Source: a virus
Taxonomy: Duplodnaviria; Heunggongvirae; Uroviricota; Caudoviricetes
IMG/VR virus record: IMGVR_UViG_2541047807_000007
DNA: 33,905 nucleotides
Reading direction: 5' to 3' (one strand)
Position numbers and translations under genes: made by a program. Each line of letters begins with the position of its first letter. Positions within the stretch are counted from its first letter, which is position 1. Of this stretch, positions 17,120-25,858 are shown one piece after another. Under the pieces are notes generated by a model. That model did not search any database. It saw nothing but the letters and a program-made list of their open reading frames with translations, and had not been told where the DNA came from.

Positions 17120-17545
17120 ATGAAGAAATTATCCCTTTCACTGATGCTGAACGTGTCGCTGGCGCTGATGCTGGCACTGTCCCTGATTTACCCGCAGAGC
17201 GTGGCCGTCAGTTTTGTCGCCGCCTGGGCGATTCTGGCGACGGTTATCTGTGTGGTTGCCGGTGGTGTCGGCGTGTATGCCACAGAGTATGTACTGGAAC
17301 GCTACGGGCGGGAGCTGCCGCCGGAATCGCTGGCCGTGAAGATTGTCACGTCGCTGTTTTTGCAGCCGGTGTCGTGGCGCAGGCGGTCAGTGGCTCTGGT
17401 AGTGATGGTGGCGACGTTTATCTCGCTGGTCGCTGCCGGGTGGATTTTTACCGCGCTGATTTATCTCGTGGCATCGGTGTTCTTCCGGCTGATACGTACG
17501 GCCTGCCGTCAGCGTTTTGAGGGGCGGGAACCATGTCAAAGCTGA
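17120..17545 (+). CDS. lysA: Lysis timing membrane protein LysA (141 aa)
   Basis: Multi-TM hydrophobic protein at the P2 lysA position, 141 aa. Confidence 0.8.
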   Translation: MKKLSLSLMLNVSLALMLALSLIYPQSVAVSFVAAWAILATVICVVAGGVGVYATEYVLERYGRELPPESLAVKIVTSLFLQPVSWRRRSVALVVMVATFISLVAAGWIFTALIYLVASVFFRLIRTACRQRFEGREPCQS

Positions 17546-17958
17546 TGATTGTGCTGGTTGTGTTGTTATCACTGGCGGTGGCCGGTCTGTTTCTGGTGAA
17601 ACACAAAAATGCCAGCCTGCGCGCCTCGCTGGACAGGGCGAATAACGTCGCCAGTGAACAGCAGACGACCATCACCATGCTGAAAAATCAGCTTCATGTT
17701 GCCATCACCAGGGCAGACAAAAACGAGCTGGCGCAGGTGGCACTGCGTCAGGAACTGGAGAACGCGGCGAAGCGTGAAGCACAGCGCGAGAAAACCATCA
17801 CGAGGTTACTGAATGAAAACGAAGATTTTCGCCGCTGGTACGGCGCTGGCCTGCCTGATGCTGTGCGCCGGTTGCACCAGCGCCCGGCCTGCACCGACGC
17901 CAGTGATTGTCGCCAACGCCTGCCCGAAAGTGAGCCTTTGCCCGATGCCGGGCAGTGA
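17533..17958 (+). CDS. lysB: i-spanin (Rz-like) LysB (141 aa)
   Basis: N-terminal TM anchor followed by a charged coiled-coil periplasmic domain; carries the embedded lysC. Confidence 0.8.
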   Translation: MSKLMIVLVVLLSLAVAGLFLVKHKNASLRASLDRANNVASEQQTTITMLKNQLHVAITRADKNELAQVALRQELENAAKREAQREKTITRLLNENEDFRRWYGAGLPDAVRRLHQRPACTDASDCRQRLPESEPLPDAGQ

Positions 17959-18103
17959 CCCGGAGACGAACGGCGATTTAAGTGCCGATATCCGACAGCT
18001 TGAGAACGCGCTGGCACGCTGTGCCAGCCAGGTAAAAATGATTAAACACTGTCAGGACGAAAACGATGCTCAAACCCGACAGCCTGCGCAGAGCGCTGAC
18101 TGA
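17813..18103 (+). CDS. lysC: o-spanin (Rz1-like) lipoprotein LysC, starting in an alternative frame inside lysB (96 aa)
   Basis: Signal peptide with lipobox (LCAGC), Pro-rich mature region; classic embedded Rz1 arrangement. Confidence 0.75.
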   Translation: MKTKIFAAGTALACLMLCAGCTSARPAPTPVIVANACPKVSLCPMPGSDPETNGDLSADIRQLENALARCASQVKMIKHCQDENDAQTRQPAQSAD

Positions 18104-18533
18104 TGCCGTCACGGTACTGAAAACTAACCCCGATATGCTGCGGATATTCGTGGATAACGGGAGTATTGCCTCCACACTGGCGACGTCGCTGTCATTCGAA
18201 AAGCGTTACACGCTCAATGTCATTGTGACTGACTTTACCGGTGATTTTGACCTGCTCATCGTGCCGGTGCTGGCGTGGCTGCGGGAAAATCAGCCCGACA
18301 TCATGACCACCGACGAAGGCCAGAAAAAGGGCTTCACGTTTTATGCAGACATCAACAATGACAGCAGCTTTGATATCAGCATCAGCCTGATGCTGACCGA
18401 GCGCACGCTGGTCAGTGAGGTGGACGGCGCACTGCATGTGAAGAATATCCCGGAACCCCCGCCGCCGGAGCCGGTCACCCGCCCGATGGAGCTGTATATC
18501 AATGGCGAACTGGTGAGCAAGTGGGATGAATGA
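18066..18533 (+). CDS. R: Tail completion protein gpR (155 aa)
   Basis: Length and position of P2 gpR. Confidence 0.85.
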   Translation: MLKPDSLRRALTDAVTVLKTNPDMLRIFVDNGSIASTLATSLSFEKRYTLNVIVTDFTGDFDLLIVPVLAWLRENQPDIMTTDEGQKKGFTFYADINNDSSFDISISLMLTERTLVSEVDGALHVKNIPEPPPPEPVTRPMELYINGELVSKWDE

Positions 18534-18978
18534 GTTTAAGCGTTTTGAAGACCGGCTGACCGGACTGATTGAGTCGCTGTCACCGTCAGGGCGTCGGCGG
18601 CTGAGTGCAGAGCTGGCGAAGCGTCTGCGGCAGAGTCAGCAGCGTCGGGTGATGGCACAGAAAGCCCCGGACGGCACACCCTACGCGCCACGCCAGCAGC
18701 AGAGCGCCAGAAAAAAGACCGGTCGTGTTAAGCGAAAAATGTTTGCGAAACTTATCACCAGTCGTTTTTTGCATATCCGCGCCAGCCCGGAACAGGCATC
18801 AATGGAATTTTACGGCGGGAAGTCGCCGAAAATCGCCAGTGTGCATCAGTTCGGTCTGTCGGAAGAAACCCGGAAAGACGGTAAGAAAATTGATTATCCG
18901 GCGCGTCCTCTGCTCGGCTTTACCGGTGAGGATGTGCAGATGATTGAGGAGATTATCCTGGCTCACCTTGAGCGTTAG
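18526..18978 (+). CDS. S: Tail completion protein gpS (150 aa)
   Basis: Length and position of P2 gpS; overlaps the R stop. Confidence 0.85.
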   Translation: MNEFKRFEDRLTGLIESLSPSGRRRLSAELAKRLRQSQQRRVMAQKAPDGTPYAPRQQQSARKKTGRVKRKMFAKLITSRFLHIRASPEQASMEFYGGKSPKIASVHQFGLSEETRKDGKKIDYPARPLLGFTGEDVQMIEEIILAHLER

Positions 18979-19008
18979 TTTTATCCAGGCAGAGGCTGAT
19001 GCGCAATT

Positions 19009-19043
19009 AAACATTGAGCGGCCATGCTGGTCGCTCAATGTTT
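19009..19043. terminator. 12-bp-stem hairpin (AAACATTGAGCG-N11-CGCTCAATGTTT) between convergent S and the cargo membrane gene; bidirectional terminator
   Basis: Perfect inverted repeat with A/T runs at the outer ends, in the 71-bp gap between two stop codons. Confidence 0.5.
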
Positions 19044-19049
19044 AGAGGT

Positions 19050-19835
19050 TTATGAATGATTTTTATTTGATGCTTTGTATTCTAAAACCTTCTTATTGGC
19101 GTAAAAGAATTTTGTATATGACAGGAATATAACCAGACCTGAAGTGAAATAGACGAGGGATAGTATTAATAATGCTTTTTTGTGACTGTTATTATCTTTA
19201 ATCTCCTGGCTTAACCATTCGGAGTCCTCCTCGTTTAGCTGTAAGAGCTTATTGCAGGCGATTTCAGGAAGTGTGTCTTTTATAAATACGTTTTGCAGTC
19301 TCTTGCAATCGGCAAGGCTATAAGTTTTATTAAATTCAACTGCTTTATTTTTGAAGGATAAAAGAACTTTGTCACTATAAACATAGTACATCATATTTTT
19401 ATATGGTATGCCTATGGCATCTCTTACTATAGCGGATTGTTTGTTGTGTATATAACATGCGAAGAGAATATAAATAATACTGGCCAGAATTACAATTATT
19501 GTTTTAATTATGTGTGGTGGTTTTGTTATGTCACCCCAGAAGCGAGTAAGGAAAAAATACGATGTTTTTAGTTTTCCATCAATCAGCCCCTGCTGTATCA
19601 TTCTCACATCTTCGATGCCTGATACATTGATTCCGTTAATTATTTTAAATAGTTGAATGTCGCGCCATTTTTTGTCGAGCATTTTTAACTTTCTGTCTGA
19701 ATACTCAAGATTGAAATGATGTGCAATAAACCTCATAAGATTACTTTTACCAAAGGTAACAAATGTTAATGCTATTAATAAAAATAGATACAAAGAGATA
19801 AACCACCACGCATTAGTCACATTATCACTGAACAT
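19050..19835 (-). CDS. Cargo integral membrane protein (261 aa, about 3 TM helices), AT-rich, antisense to the late operon
   Basis: SD GAGGAG before the ATG; hydrophobic segments near residues 10-30, 118-140 and 233-253; codon composition unlike the backbone. Confidence 0.7.
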   Translation of the reverse strand: MFSDNVTNAWWFISLYLFLLIALTFVTFGKSNLMRFIAHHFNLEYSDRKLKMLDKKWRDIQLFKIINGINVSGIEDVRMIQQGLIDGKLKTSYFFLTRFWGDITKPPHIIKTIIVILASIIYILFACYIHNKQSAIVRDAIGIPYKNMMYYVYSDKVLLSFKNKAVEFNKTYSLADCKRLQNVFIKDTLPEIACNKLLQLNEEDSEWLSQEIKDNNSHKKALLILSLVYFTSGLVIFLSYTKFFYANKKVLEYKASNKNHS

Positions 19836-19850
19836 TACGCTCTCCTCGAA

Positions 19851-19871
19851 TGTTGTATGGTCGTTCTACAA
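19851..19871. promoter_or_regulatory. Candidate late-promoter element TGTTGT-N12-CAA upstream of V
   Basis: Same motif as upstream of O and FI, but only about 50 bp before the V ATG, so the spacing to a transcription start is doubtful. Confidence 0.25.
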
Positions 19872-19918
19872 ATGAATCCAGATAGCATAACTTTTATATA
19901 TTGTGCAATCTCACACGC

Positions 19919-20554
19919 ATGAACACTCTCGCAAATATTCAGGAACTCGCGCGCGCACTGCGCAACATGATTCGCACCGGCATTATCGTCGAAACCGACC
20001 TTAACGCCGGTCGCTGCCGCGTGCAGACCGGCGGCATGTGCACCGACTGGCTTCAGTGGCTGACCCATCGCGCAGGACGTTCGCGCACATGGTGGGCACC
20101 TTCCGTGGGGGAACAGGTGCTGATTCTGGCCGTGGGTGGTGAACTCGACACGGCGTTCGTTCTGCCGGGGATTTATTCCGGCGATAACCCCTCGCCGTCT
20201 GTGTCGGCGGATGCCCTGCATATCCGTTTCCCTGACGGGGCGGTGATTGAATATGAACCCGAAACCAGTGCACTCACGGTAAGCGGAATTAAAACGGCCA
20301 GCGTGACGGCTTCTGATTCTGTTACTGCCACGGTGCCGGTGGTCATGGTGAAAGCATCAACCCGCGTCACCCTGGACACCCCGGAGGTGGTCTGCACCAA
20401 CAGGCTGATTACCGGCACGCTGGAAGTGCAGAAGGGCGGGACGATGCGCGGCAACATTGAACACACCGGCGGTGAACTCTCATCAAACGGTAAGGTACTG
20501 CATACCCATAAACACCCCGGCGACAGCGGCGGCACAACCGGGAGTCCTCTATGA
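19919..20554 (+). CDS. V: Baseplate spike/assembly protein gpV (211 aa from first ATG; track ORF starts at a TTG at 19901)
   Basis: 211 aa as P2 gpV; ATGA overlap with W downstream. Confidence 0.85.
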   Translation: MNTLANIQELARALRNMIRTGIIVETDLNAGRCRVQTGGMCTDWLQWLTHRAGRSRTWWAPSVGEQVLILAVGGELDTAFVLPGIYSGDNPSPSVSADALHIRFPDGAVIEYEPETSALTVSGIKTASVTASDSVTATVPVVMVKASTRVTLDTPEVVCTNRLITGTLEVQKGGTMRGNIEHTGGELSSNGKVLHTHKHPGDSGGTTGSPL

Positions 20555-20898
20555 CAGCGCGTTATCTCGGAATGAATCGCAGTGATGGCCTGACGGTCAC
20601 TGACCTCGAGCATATCAGCCAGAGTATCGGCGATATCCTGCGCACACCAGTCGGCTCACGGGTGATGCGTCGTGATTACGGCTCGTTGCTGGCGTCAATG
20701 ATTGACCAGCTGCAGACCCCGGCGCTTGAGTTGCAGATTAAGGTCGCCTGTTACATGGCGGTGCTGAAATGGGAACCCCGCGTCACCCTGTCATCCGTCA
20801 CCACTGAGCGCAGTTTTGACGGGCGAATGACGGTCACGTTAACCGGCCAGCACAACGACACCGGCCAGCCACTTTCGTTAACCATCCCTGTGAGTTGA
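20551..20898 (+). CDS. W: Baseplate wedge protein gpW (115 aa)
   Basis: Length and position of P2 gpW. Confidence 0.88.
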   Translation: MTARYLGMNRSDGLTVTDLEHISQSIGDILRTPVGSRVMRRDYGSLLASMIDQLQTPALELQIKVACYMAVLKWEPRVTLSSVTTERSFDGRMTVTLTGQHNDTGQPLSLTIPVS

Positions 20899-20902
20899 AA
20901 CC

Positions 20903-21811
20903 ATGCCGATTATCGACCTGAACCAGCTACCCGCACCGGATGTGGTCGAGGAGCTGGACTTTGAAACCATTCTTGCCGAACGCAAGGCGACACTGATTTC
21001 CCTTTACCCGGAAGACCAGCAGGAGGCGGTCGCCCGTACCCTGACGCTGGAATCCGAGCCTCTCGTCAAACTGCTGGAGGAAAATGCGTATCGCGAGCTT
21101 ATCTGGCGTCAGCGTGTGAATGAGGCTGCACGGGCGGTGATGCTGGCCTGGGCAGCCGGTAATGACCTTGATGTGATTGGTGTCAATTACAACACCACGC
21201 GCCTGACTATCACCCCGGCAGATGATTCGACTATCCCGCCGACACCGGCAGTGATGGAGTCTGACACCGATTATCGTCTGCGTATTCAGCAGGCGTTTGA
21301 AGGCTTAAGCGTCGCCGGGTCGGTGGGAGCCTATCAGTATCATGGTCGCAGTGCCGACGGGCGTGTCGCGGATATCTCTGTCACCAGTCCGTCTCCGGCC
21401 TGTGTCACCATCTCTGTGCTGTCACGTGAAAATAACGGTGTGGCATCTGAAGACCTGCTGGCTGTGGTGCGCAACGCCCTGAATGGCGAGGACGTCAGAC
21501 CGGTGGCCGACCGTGTGACCGTGCAGTCTGCCGCCATCGTTGAATACCAGATAAATGCCACGCTTTACCTTTACCCTGGCCCCGAAAGCGAACCCATTCG
21601 CGCTGCCGCCGTGAAAAAACTGGAAGCGTACATCACGGCACAGCACCGGCTGGGGCGCGACATCCGTCTGTCTGCCATTTATGCCGCCTTGCATGTGGAA
21701 GGCGTGCAGCGTGTCGAACTGGCTGCACCACTGGCCGACATCGTGCTCAACAGTACGCAGGCGTCTTTCTGCACCGAATACCGCGTCGTGACCGGAGGCT
21801 CGGATGAGTGA
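20903..21811 (+). CDS. J: Baseplate protein gpJ (302 aa)
   Basis: Length and position of P2 gpJ. Confidence 0.88.
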   Translation: MPIIDLNQLPAPDVVEELDFETILAERKATLISLYPEDQQEAVARTLTLESEPLVKLLEENAYRELIWRQRVNEAARAVMLAWAAGNDLDVIGVNYNTTRLTITPADDSTIPPTPAVMESDTDYRLRIQQAFEGLSVAGSVGAYQYHGRSADGRVADISVTSPSPACVTISVLSRENNGVASEDLLAVVRNALNGEDVRPVADRVTVQSAAIVEYQINATLYLYPGPESEPIRAAAVKKLEAYITAQHRLGRDIRLSAIYAALHVEGVQRVELAAPLADIVLNSTQASFCTEYRVVTGGSDE

Positions 21812-22334
21812 TTCGCGCCTGCTGCCGACCGGCTCATCACCGCTTGAAGTCGCTGCCGCGAAAGCCTGTGCGGAAATTGAAAAAACGCCGGTCAGTATTC
21901 GTGAGCTGTGGAACCCGGACACCTGCCCGGCAAATCTGCTGCCGTGGCTGGCGTGGGCGTTTTCGGTCGACAGGTGGGATGAAAAGTGGCCGGAAGCGAC
22001 AAAACGCGTCGTTATCCGCGATGCCTATTTCATCCACTGTCATAAGGGCACGATAGGTGCAATCCGACGTGTGGTGGAGCCGCTCGGCTATCTCATCAAC
22101 GTGACGGAGTGGTGGGAAAACAGTGACCCGCCCGGCACCTTCCGGCTTGATATTGGTGTACTGGAAAGCGGTATCACAGAGGCAATGTATCAGGAAATGG
22201 AACGGCTGATTGCTGATGCCAAACCTGCAAGCCGTCACCTTATTGGTCTGAACATTACCCGGGACATTCCCGGCTATCTGTTCGCCGGTGGTGTGGCTTA
22301 CGACGGCGATGTAATTACGGTTTACCCCGGATAA
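21804..22334 (+). CDS. I: Baseplate protein gpI (176 aa)
   Basis: Length and position of P2 gpI; overlaps the J stop. Confidence 0.88.
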   Translation: MSDSRLLPTGSSPLEVAAAKACAEIEKTPVSIRELWNPDTCPANLLPWLAWAFSVDRWDEKWPEATKRVVIRDAYFIHCHKGTIGAIRRVVEPLGYLINVTEWWENSDPPGTFRLDIGVLESGITEAMYQEMERLIADAKPASRHLIGLNITRDIPGYLFAGGVAYDGDVITVYPG

Positions 22335-22344
22335 GTGAGGAATA

Positions 22345-24594
22345 ATGAGCACAAAATTCAAAACCGTTATCACTACTGCCGGTGCAGCAAAGCTGGCAGC
22401 GGCAACCGCGCCGGGAGGGCGGAAGGTCAACATTACCACGATGGCCGTCGGGGATGGCGGTGGTAAATTGCCTGTCCCGGATGCCGGACAGACCGGGCTT
22501 ATCCACGAAGTCTGGCGACATGCGCTGAACAAAATCAGTCAGGACAAACGAAACAGTAATTATATTATCGCAGAGCTGGTTATTCCGCCGGAGGTGGGCG
22601 GTTTCTGGATGCGTGAGCTTGGCCTGTACGATGATGCGGGAACATTAATTGCCGTGGCGAACATGGCCGAAAGTTATAAACCCGCTCTTGCCGAAGGCTC
22701 AGGGCGTTCGCAGACCTGCCGCATGGTCATCATCGTCAGCAGTGTGGCCTCAGTGGCGCTGACCATTGACACCACAACGGTGATGGCGACGCAGGATTAC
22801 GTTGATGACAAAATTGCAGAACACGAACAGTCACGACGCCACCCGGACGCCTCACTGACTGCAAAAGGTTTTACTCAGTTAAGCAGCGCGACCAATAGTG
22901 AATCTGAAACGCTGGCTGCAACGCCGAAAGCGGTTAAGGCAGCGTATGACCTTGCTAACGGAAAATATACCGCTCAGGACGCCAGCACGGGGCGAAAAGG
23001 TCTTGTTCAGCTAAGTAGTGCCATCAACAGCGAATCTGAGACGCTCGCAGCAACGCCGAAGGCAGTTAAGACAGCATATGACCTTGCTAATGGCAAATAC
23101 ACCGCGCAGGACGCCACCACCGCGCGAAAAGGCCTTGTTCAGCTCAGTAGTGCCACCAACAGCGATTCTGAAACGCTGGCCGCAACGCCAAAGGCGGTTA
23201 AGACAGCGTATGACCTTGCTAACGGGAAATACACTGCACAGGATGCCACCACAGCGCGAAAAGGTCTTGTCCAGCTAAGTAGCGCCACCAACAGTGATTC
23301 TGAAACGCTGGCCGCAACACCAAAAGCGGTGAAGTCTGCCAATGACAATGCTGAAAAACGTCTTCAGAAAGATAAGAACGGTGCGGATATTCCTGATAAA
23401 GAACGCTTCCTGAGTAACATTAATGTTTACAGCAAAGGTGAAGTGGATAAGAAAAAGGGAATGCGAAAGTATTCGTTTGCAGCCCCTGCAAATGTCGTTG
23501 CCGGGAAGTGGTATCCCGTTATCTTTCGCCGTGCTGCCAGCCTTTCAGGAGAAATGGCATCCCGCGTCGTTATTTCCACTGGTTGTTATAACGGCGATTA
23601 TGTAATGAATAACTGCGAGTTTAATGGCATGGTTATGCCCGGAGGATGGACTGATCGCGGTTCATATGCGGCAGGCTATTTCTGGACGTATCAGACCAAT
23701 GAGCGTTCAATTCATTCCATTGTTACAAGCCTGAAAGATGATGATGTATGTAGTGTTTTTTATGTTGAAGCCAGAGCTTTCCCTGTGCAAATTCTTGCAG
23801 AGGAAGGGCTAACGGTTATTGTTCCGACAGAGGATTATGTCGTCGGTCAGACGACATATAAGTGGGGGGCAACTAATCCTGCCACAGAAAGCACGAATGC
23901 ACAGGCTATTCTGGATTTTAAAAATGGGCGCGGTTATTACTGCTCACATCCATTTATTTCCAGCCTTTCAGGAAATGCTGCAACAGCAACAAAGTTAGCG
24001 AACGCAAGAAATATTAATGGTGTCAGATTTGATGGCTCTGCCGATATAAATATTAATACACTGGTATCCAGAAACCGTGTTACTGCATTAGGTGGGAGCG
24101 CAAAGGGTACACCAGGTATTCAGATGTATGAGGCATACAACAATGGCTACCCAACAGCCTATGGTAATGTGCTTCATCTCACTGGCGTAACCGCAGTAGG
24201 AGAGGGTGAGTTACTTATTGGCTGGAGTGGAACCAGCGGTGCTCATGCTCCGGCATATATTCGCTCCCGACGAGATACCACAGATGCTAACTGGTCTGGA
24301 TGGGCGCAACTATATACAACTGCTCATAAACCCTCAGCGGGAGATGTTGGTGCATACACCAAAGCTGAGTCAGATTCACGTTATGTGAGAGACATGCGGC
24401 TGGGCGGTGCATCTACATATAAACCAGCAAATAATGGTATTACATGGACGCATCAGGCTCCGTCAGGTTGCGTATATACCGGCATTATTGTTCAGGATAC
24501 CGGCTCAAACTCTGCCGATAACATTGGTGGCGTATATTACAGACCGGTGCAGAAATACATTAACGGGACATGGTATAACGTGGCGCAGGTATAA
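22345..24594 (+). CDS. H: Tail fibre protein gpH (749 aa) with internal tandem repeats and a distinct distal domain
   Basis: Conserved N-terminal baseplate-attachment region, then repeats of the KGLVQLSSATNS-SETLAATPKAVK-AYDLANGKYTAQDA motif, then a distal domain. Confidence 0.88.
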   Translation: MSTKFKTVITTAGAAKLAAATAPGGRKVNITTMAVGDGGGKLPVPDAGQTGLIHEVWRHALNKISQDKRNSNYIIAELVIPPEVGGFWMRELGLYDDAGTLIAVANMAESYKPALAEGSGRSQTCRMVIIVSSVASVALTIDTTTVMATQDYVDDKIAEHEQSRRHPDASLTAKGFTQLSSATNSESETLAATPKAVKAAYDLANGKYTAQDASTGRKGLVQLSSAINSESETLAATPKAVKTAYDLANGKYTAQDATTARKGLVQLSSATNSDSETLAATPKAVKTAYDLANGKYTAQDATTARKGLVQLSSATNSDSETLAATPKAVKSANDNAEKRLQKDKNGADIPDKERFLSNINVYSKGEVDKKKGMRKYSFAAPANVVAGKWYPVIFRRAASLSGEMASRVVISTGCYNGDYVMNNCEFNGMVMPGGWTDRGSYAAGYFWTYQTNERSIHSIVTSLKDDDVCSVFYVEARAFPVQILAEEGLTVIVPTEDYVVGQTTYKWGATNPATESTNAQAILDFKNGRGYYCSHPFISSLSGNAATATKLANARNINGVRFDGSADININTLVSRNRVTALGGSAKGTPGIQMYEAYNNGYPTAYGNVLHLTGVTAVGEGELLIGWSGTSGAHAPAYIRSRRDTTDANWSGWAQLYTTAHKPSAGDVGAYTKAESDSRYVRDMRLGGASTYKPANNGITWTHQAPSGCVYTGIIVQDTGSNSADNIGGVYYRPVQKYINGTWYNVAQV
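22864..23334 (+). repeat. In-frame tandem repeat inside H: 3 full plus 1 partial copies of a 132-bp (44-aa) unit
   Basis: Repeat units begin at residues K174, K218, K262 and K306; nearly identical at protein level but with many synonymous DNA differences. Confidence 0.8.
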
Positions 24595-24597
24595 TTT

Positions 24598-25125
24598 ATG
24601 CAGCATTTAAAAAATATTACGGCGGGTAATCCAAAAACGGTTGAACAATATCAATTGACAAAGGACTTTGATGTTGTCTGGTTTTTTTCAGAAGATGGTA
24701 AGAACTGGTACGAAGAACAAAAGTATTTTGCTGATGACACGATAAAAATAGCGTACGACAAAGATAATATCATCCGCTATGTGGAAAAGGATGTGACAGC
24801 TATCAGACCGGATGGATTAAGTGTTGTTGAAGTGGCGGATATTACTGCTAACCGACGGGCGGACATTTCAGGGAACTGGATGTTTAAGGACGGCAAAGTG
24901 ATTAAACGCATTTATACGGCAGAGGAATTACAGCAGCAGGCAGAAATTCAGAAAGCCAGACTTCTTGCAGATGCTGAATCCGTGATTTTGCCGCTGGAGC
25001 GCGCGGTCAGACTGAACATGGCAACAGATGAGGAGCGCACACGGCTGGAGGCTTGGGAACGTTACAGCGTTGTGGTCAGTCGTGTGGATCCTACAAATCC
25101 TGAATGGCCGGAAATGCCGCAATAA
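24598..25125 (+). CDS. G: Tail fibre assembly chaperone gpG (175 aa)
   Basis: Length and position of P2 gpG, immediately after H. Confidence 0.85.
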   Translation: MQHLKNITAGNPKTVEQYQLTKDFDVVWFFSEDGKNWYEEQKYFADDTIKIAYDKDNIIRYVEKDVTAIRPDGLSVVEVADITANRRADISGNWMFKDGKVIKRIYTAEELQQQAEIQKARLLADAESVILPLERAVRLNMATDEERTRLEAWERYSVVVSRVDPTNPEWPEMPQ

Positions 25126-25158
25126 GTTGTATGAGCTCTGGTGGGAGCTTACATATCT

Positions 25159-25202
25159 ATGGCACAGAGTAAAGCCTAATCTGACAGTCCGCTCTGTGCC
25201 AT
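25159..25202. other. 11-bp perfect inverted repeat ATGGCACAGAG-N22-CTCTGTGCCAT downstream of G
   Basis: Seen in sequence 34 bp after the G stop; no flanking T-tract; possible end of the late operon or a protein-binding site. Confidence 0.35.
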
Positions 25203-25318
25203 TACCGGACATACTGAGCAGAAGGCTAAAAAGGACGCTTTCAGGACATATAGCAAGGGAGCAAGGATGAAAGAATTAACCCAGTATATTTAATGTTTCA
25301 ATCATGATAGTTTCTGAA

Positions 25319-25347
25319 TTAAAGGGGGGGGTACCCACCCCCTTTAA
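25319..25347. terminator. G/C-rich hairpin (TTAAAGGGGGGGG-TAC-CCACCCCCTTTAA) immediately after the stop of the minus-strand 92-aa gene
   Basis: Near-perfect inverted repeat abutting the stop codon, with AT-rich flanks on both strands. Confidence 0.55.
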
Positions 25348-25626
25348 TTACTTGTTCCACTCAGTCAGAATTTGGTTACTAACTTCATCTGAGAGATTGT
25401 ACCAATAAGCTGAGTTATTGGTTGCATCTACAACAATAAGCTTATCATCACTATCCATGACCGCCCTCACAATTTTGGCTGCATCCTCGGCAGAGTAACT
25501 ACAGTTAACATACCAGTTCGATTCAGTTGTTAAAGCCCAATTTCCTAAAGATTTAATTGCATCATACACAGCCGCATAATCTTTCGTTTTAATGAGGTCG
25601 TAAGTAATAAATAAATTATTAGCCAT
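25348..25626 (-). CDS. Hypothetical 92-aa protein (cargo), downstream of the DUF3606-like gene
   Basis: SD GGGAG before the ATG; aromatic-rich small globular-looking protein; AT-rich; no family I can name. Confidence 0.6.
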   Translation of the reverse strand: MANNLFITYDLIKTKDYAAVYDAIKSLGNWALTTESNWYVNCSYSAEDAAKIVRAVMDSDDKLIVVDATNNSAYWYNLSDEVSNQILTEWNK

Positions 25627-25645
25627 AAATCATCTCCCAAAGGAC

Positions 25646-25672
25646 AAAGAAAAAAGCGCCTAGAAAGGCGCT
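25646..25672 (-). terminator. Intrinsic terminator (AGCGCC-TTTCTA-GGCGCT + T6) between the DUF3606-like gene and the 92-aa gene
   Basis: On the minus strand a GC stem is followed directly by TTTTTTCTTT; lies between two co-oriented genes, suggesting attenuation or independent expression. Confidence 0.6.
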
Positions 25673-25678
25673 CATATA

Positions 25679-25858
25679 TTAATGGTCTTTAAGCCATGCC
25701 TGTACTTTCTTAGCCGAATGACCTACAGCCTGTACGGCTTGAACAAGTTTGGCCTCGCTAACTCCAAACTTTTCAGCCCAATCACGTCTCTCGTAATCCT
25801 GTTTGATACTTATTAAATCATTGTCAGGGGTACCGATTTTGGTCTTATCATCAGCCAT
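25679..25858 (-). CDS. DUF3606-like small protein (59 aa from internal ATG; track ORF extends to 25897)
   Basis: Motif W.EKFGVSEAKL..AV.AVG.S...V..WL is typical of the DUF3606 family as I recall it; SD GAGGA before the internal Met. Confidence 0.55.
   Translation of the reverse strand: MADDKTKIGTPDNDLISIKQDYERRDWAEKFGVSEAKLVQAVQAVGHSAKKVQAWLKDH

Noticed and set aside
13137-17678. Overlapping alternative-frame ORFs within O, N, M, L, lysA and lysB (for example 13137-13595, 14915-15514, 16948-17520)
   Set aside because: Embedded in well-supported structural genes with no independent start signals; lysC, a known embedded gene, is the only one kept.
19835-20613. Minus-strand ORFs overlapping V (19835-20221, 20001-20273, 20173-20613)
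   Set aside because: Antisense to a conserved baseplate gene; Arg/Pro-rich translations typical of shadow frames.
23018-23348. ORFs in alternative frames across the H tandem repeats
   Set aside because: Artefacts of the periodic repeat; translations are themselves repetitive and out of frame with H.
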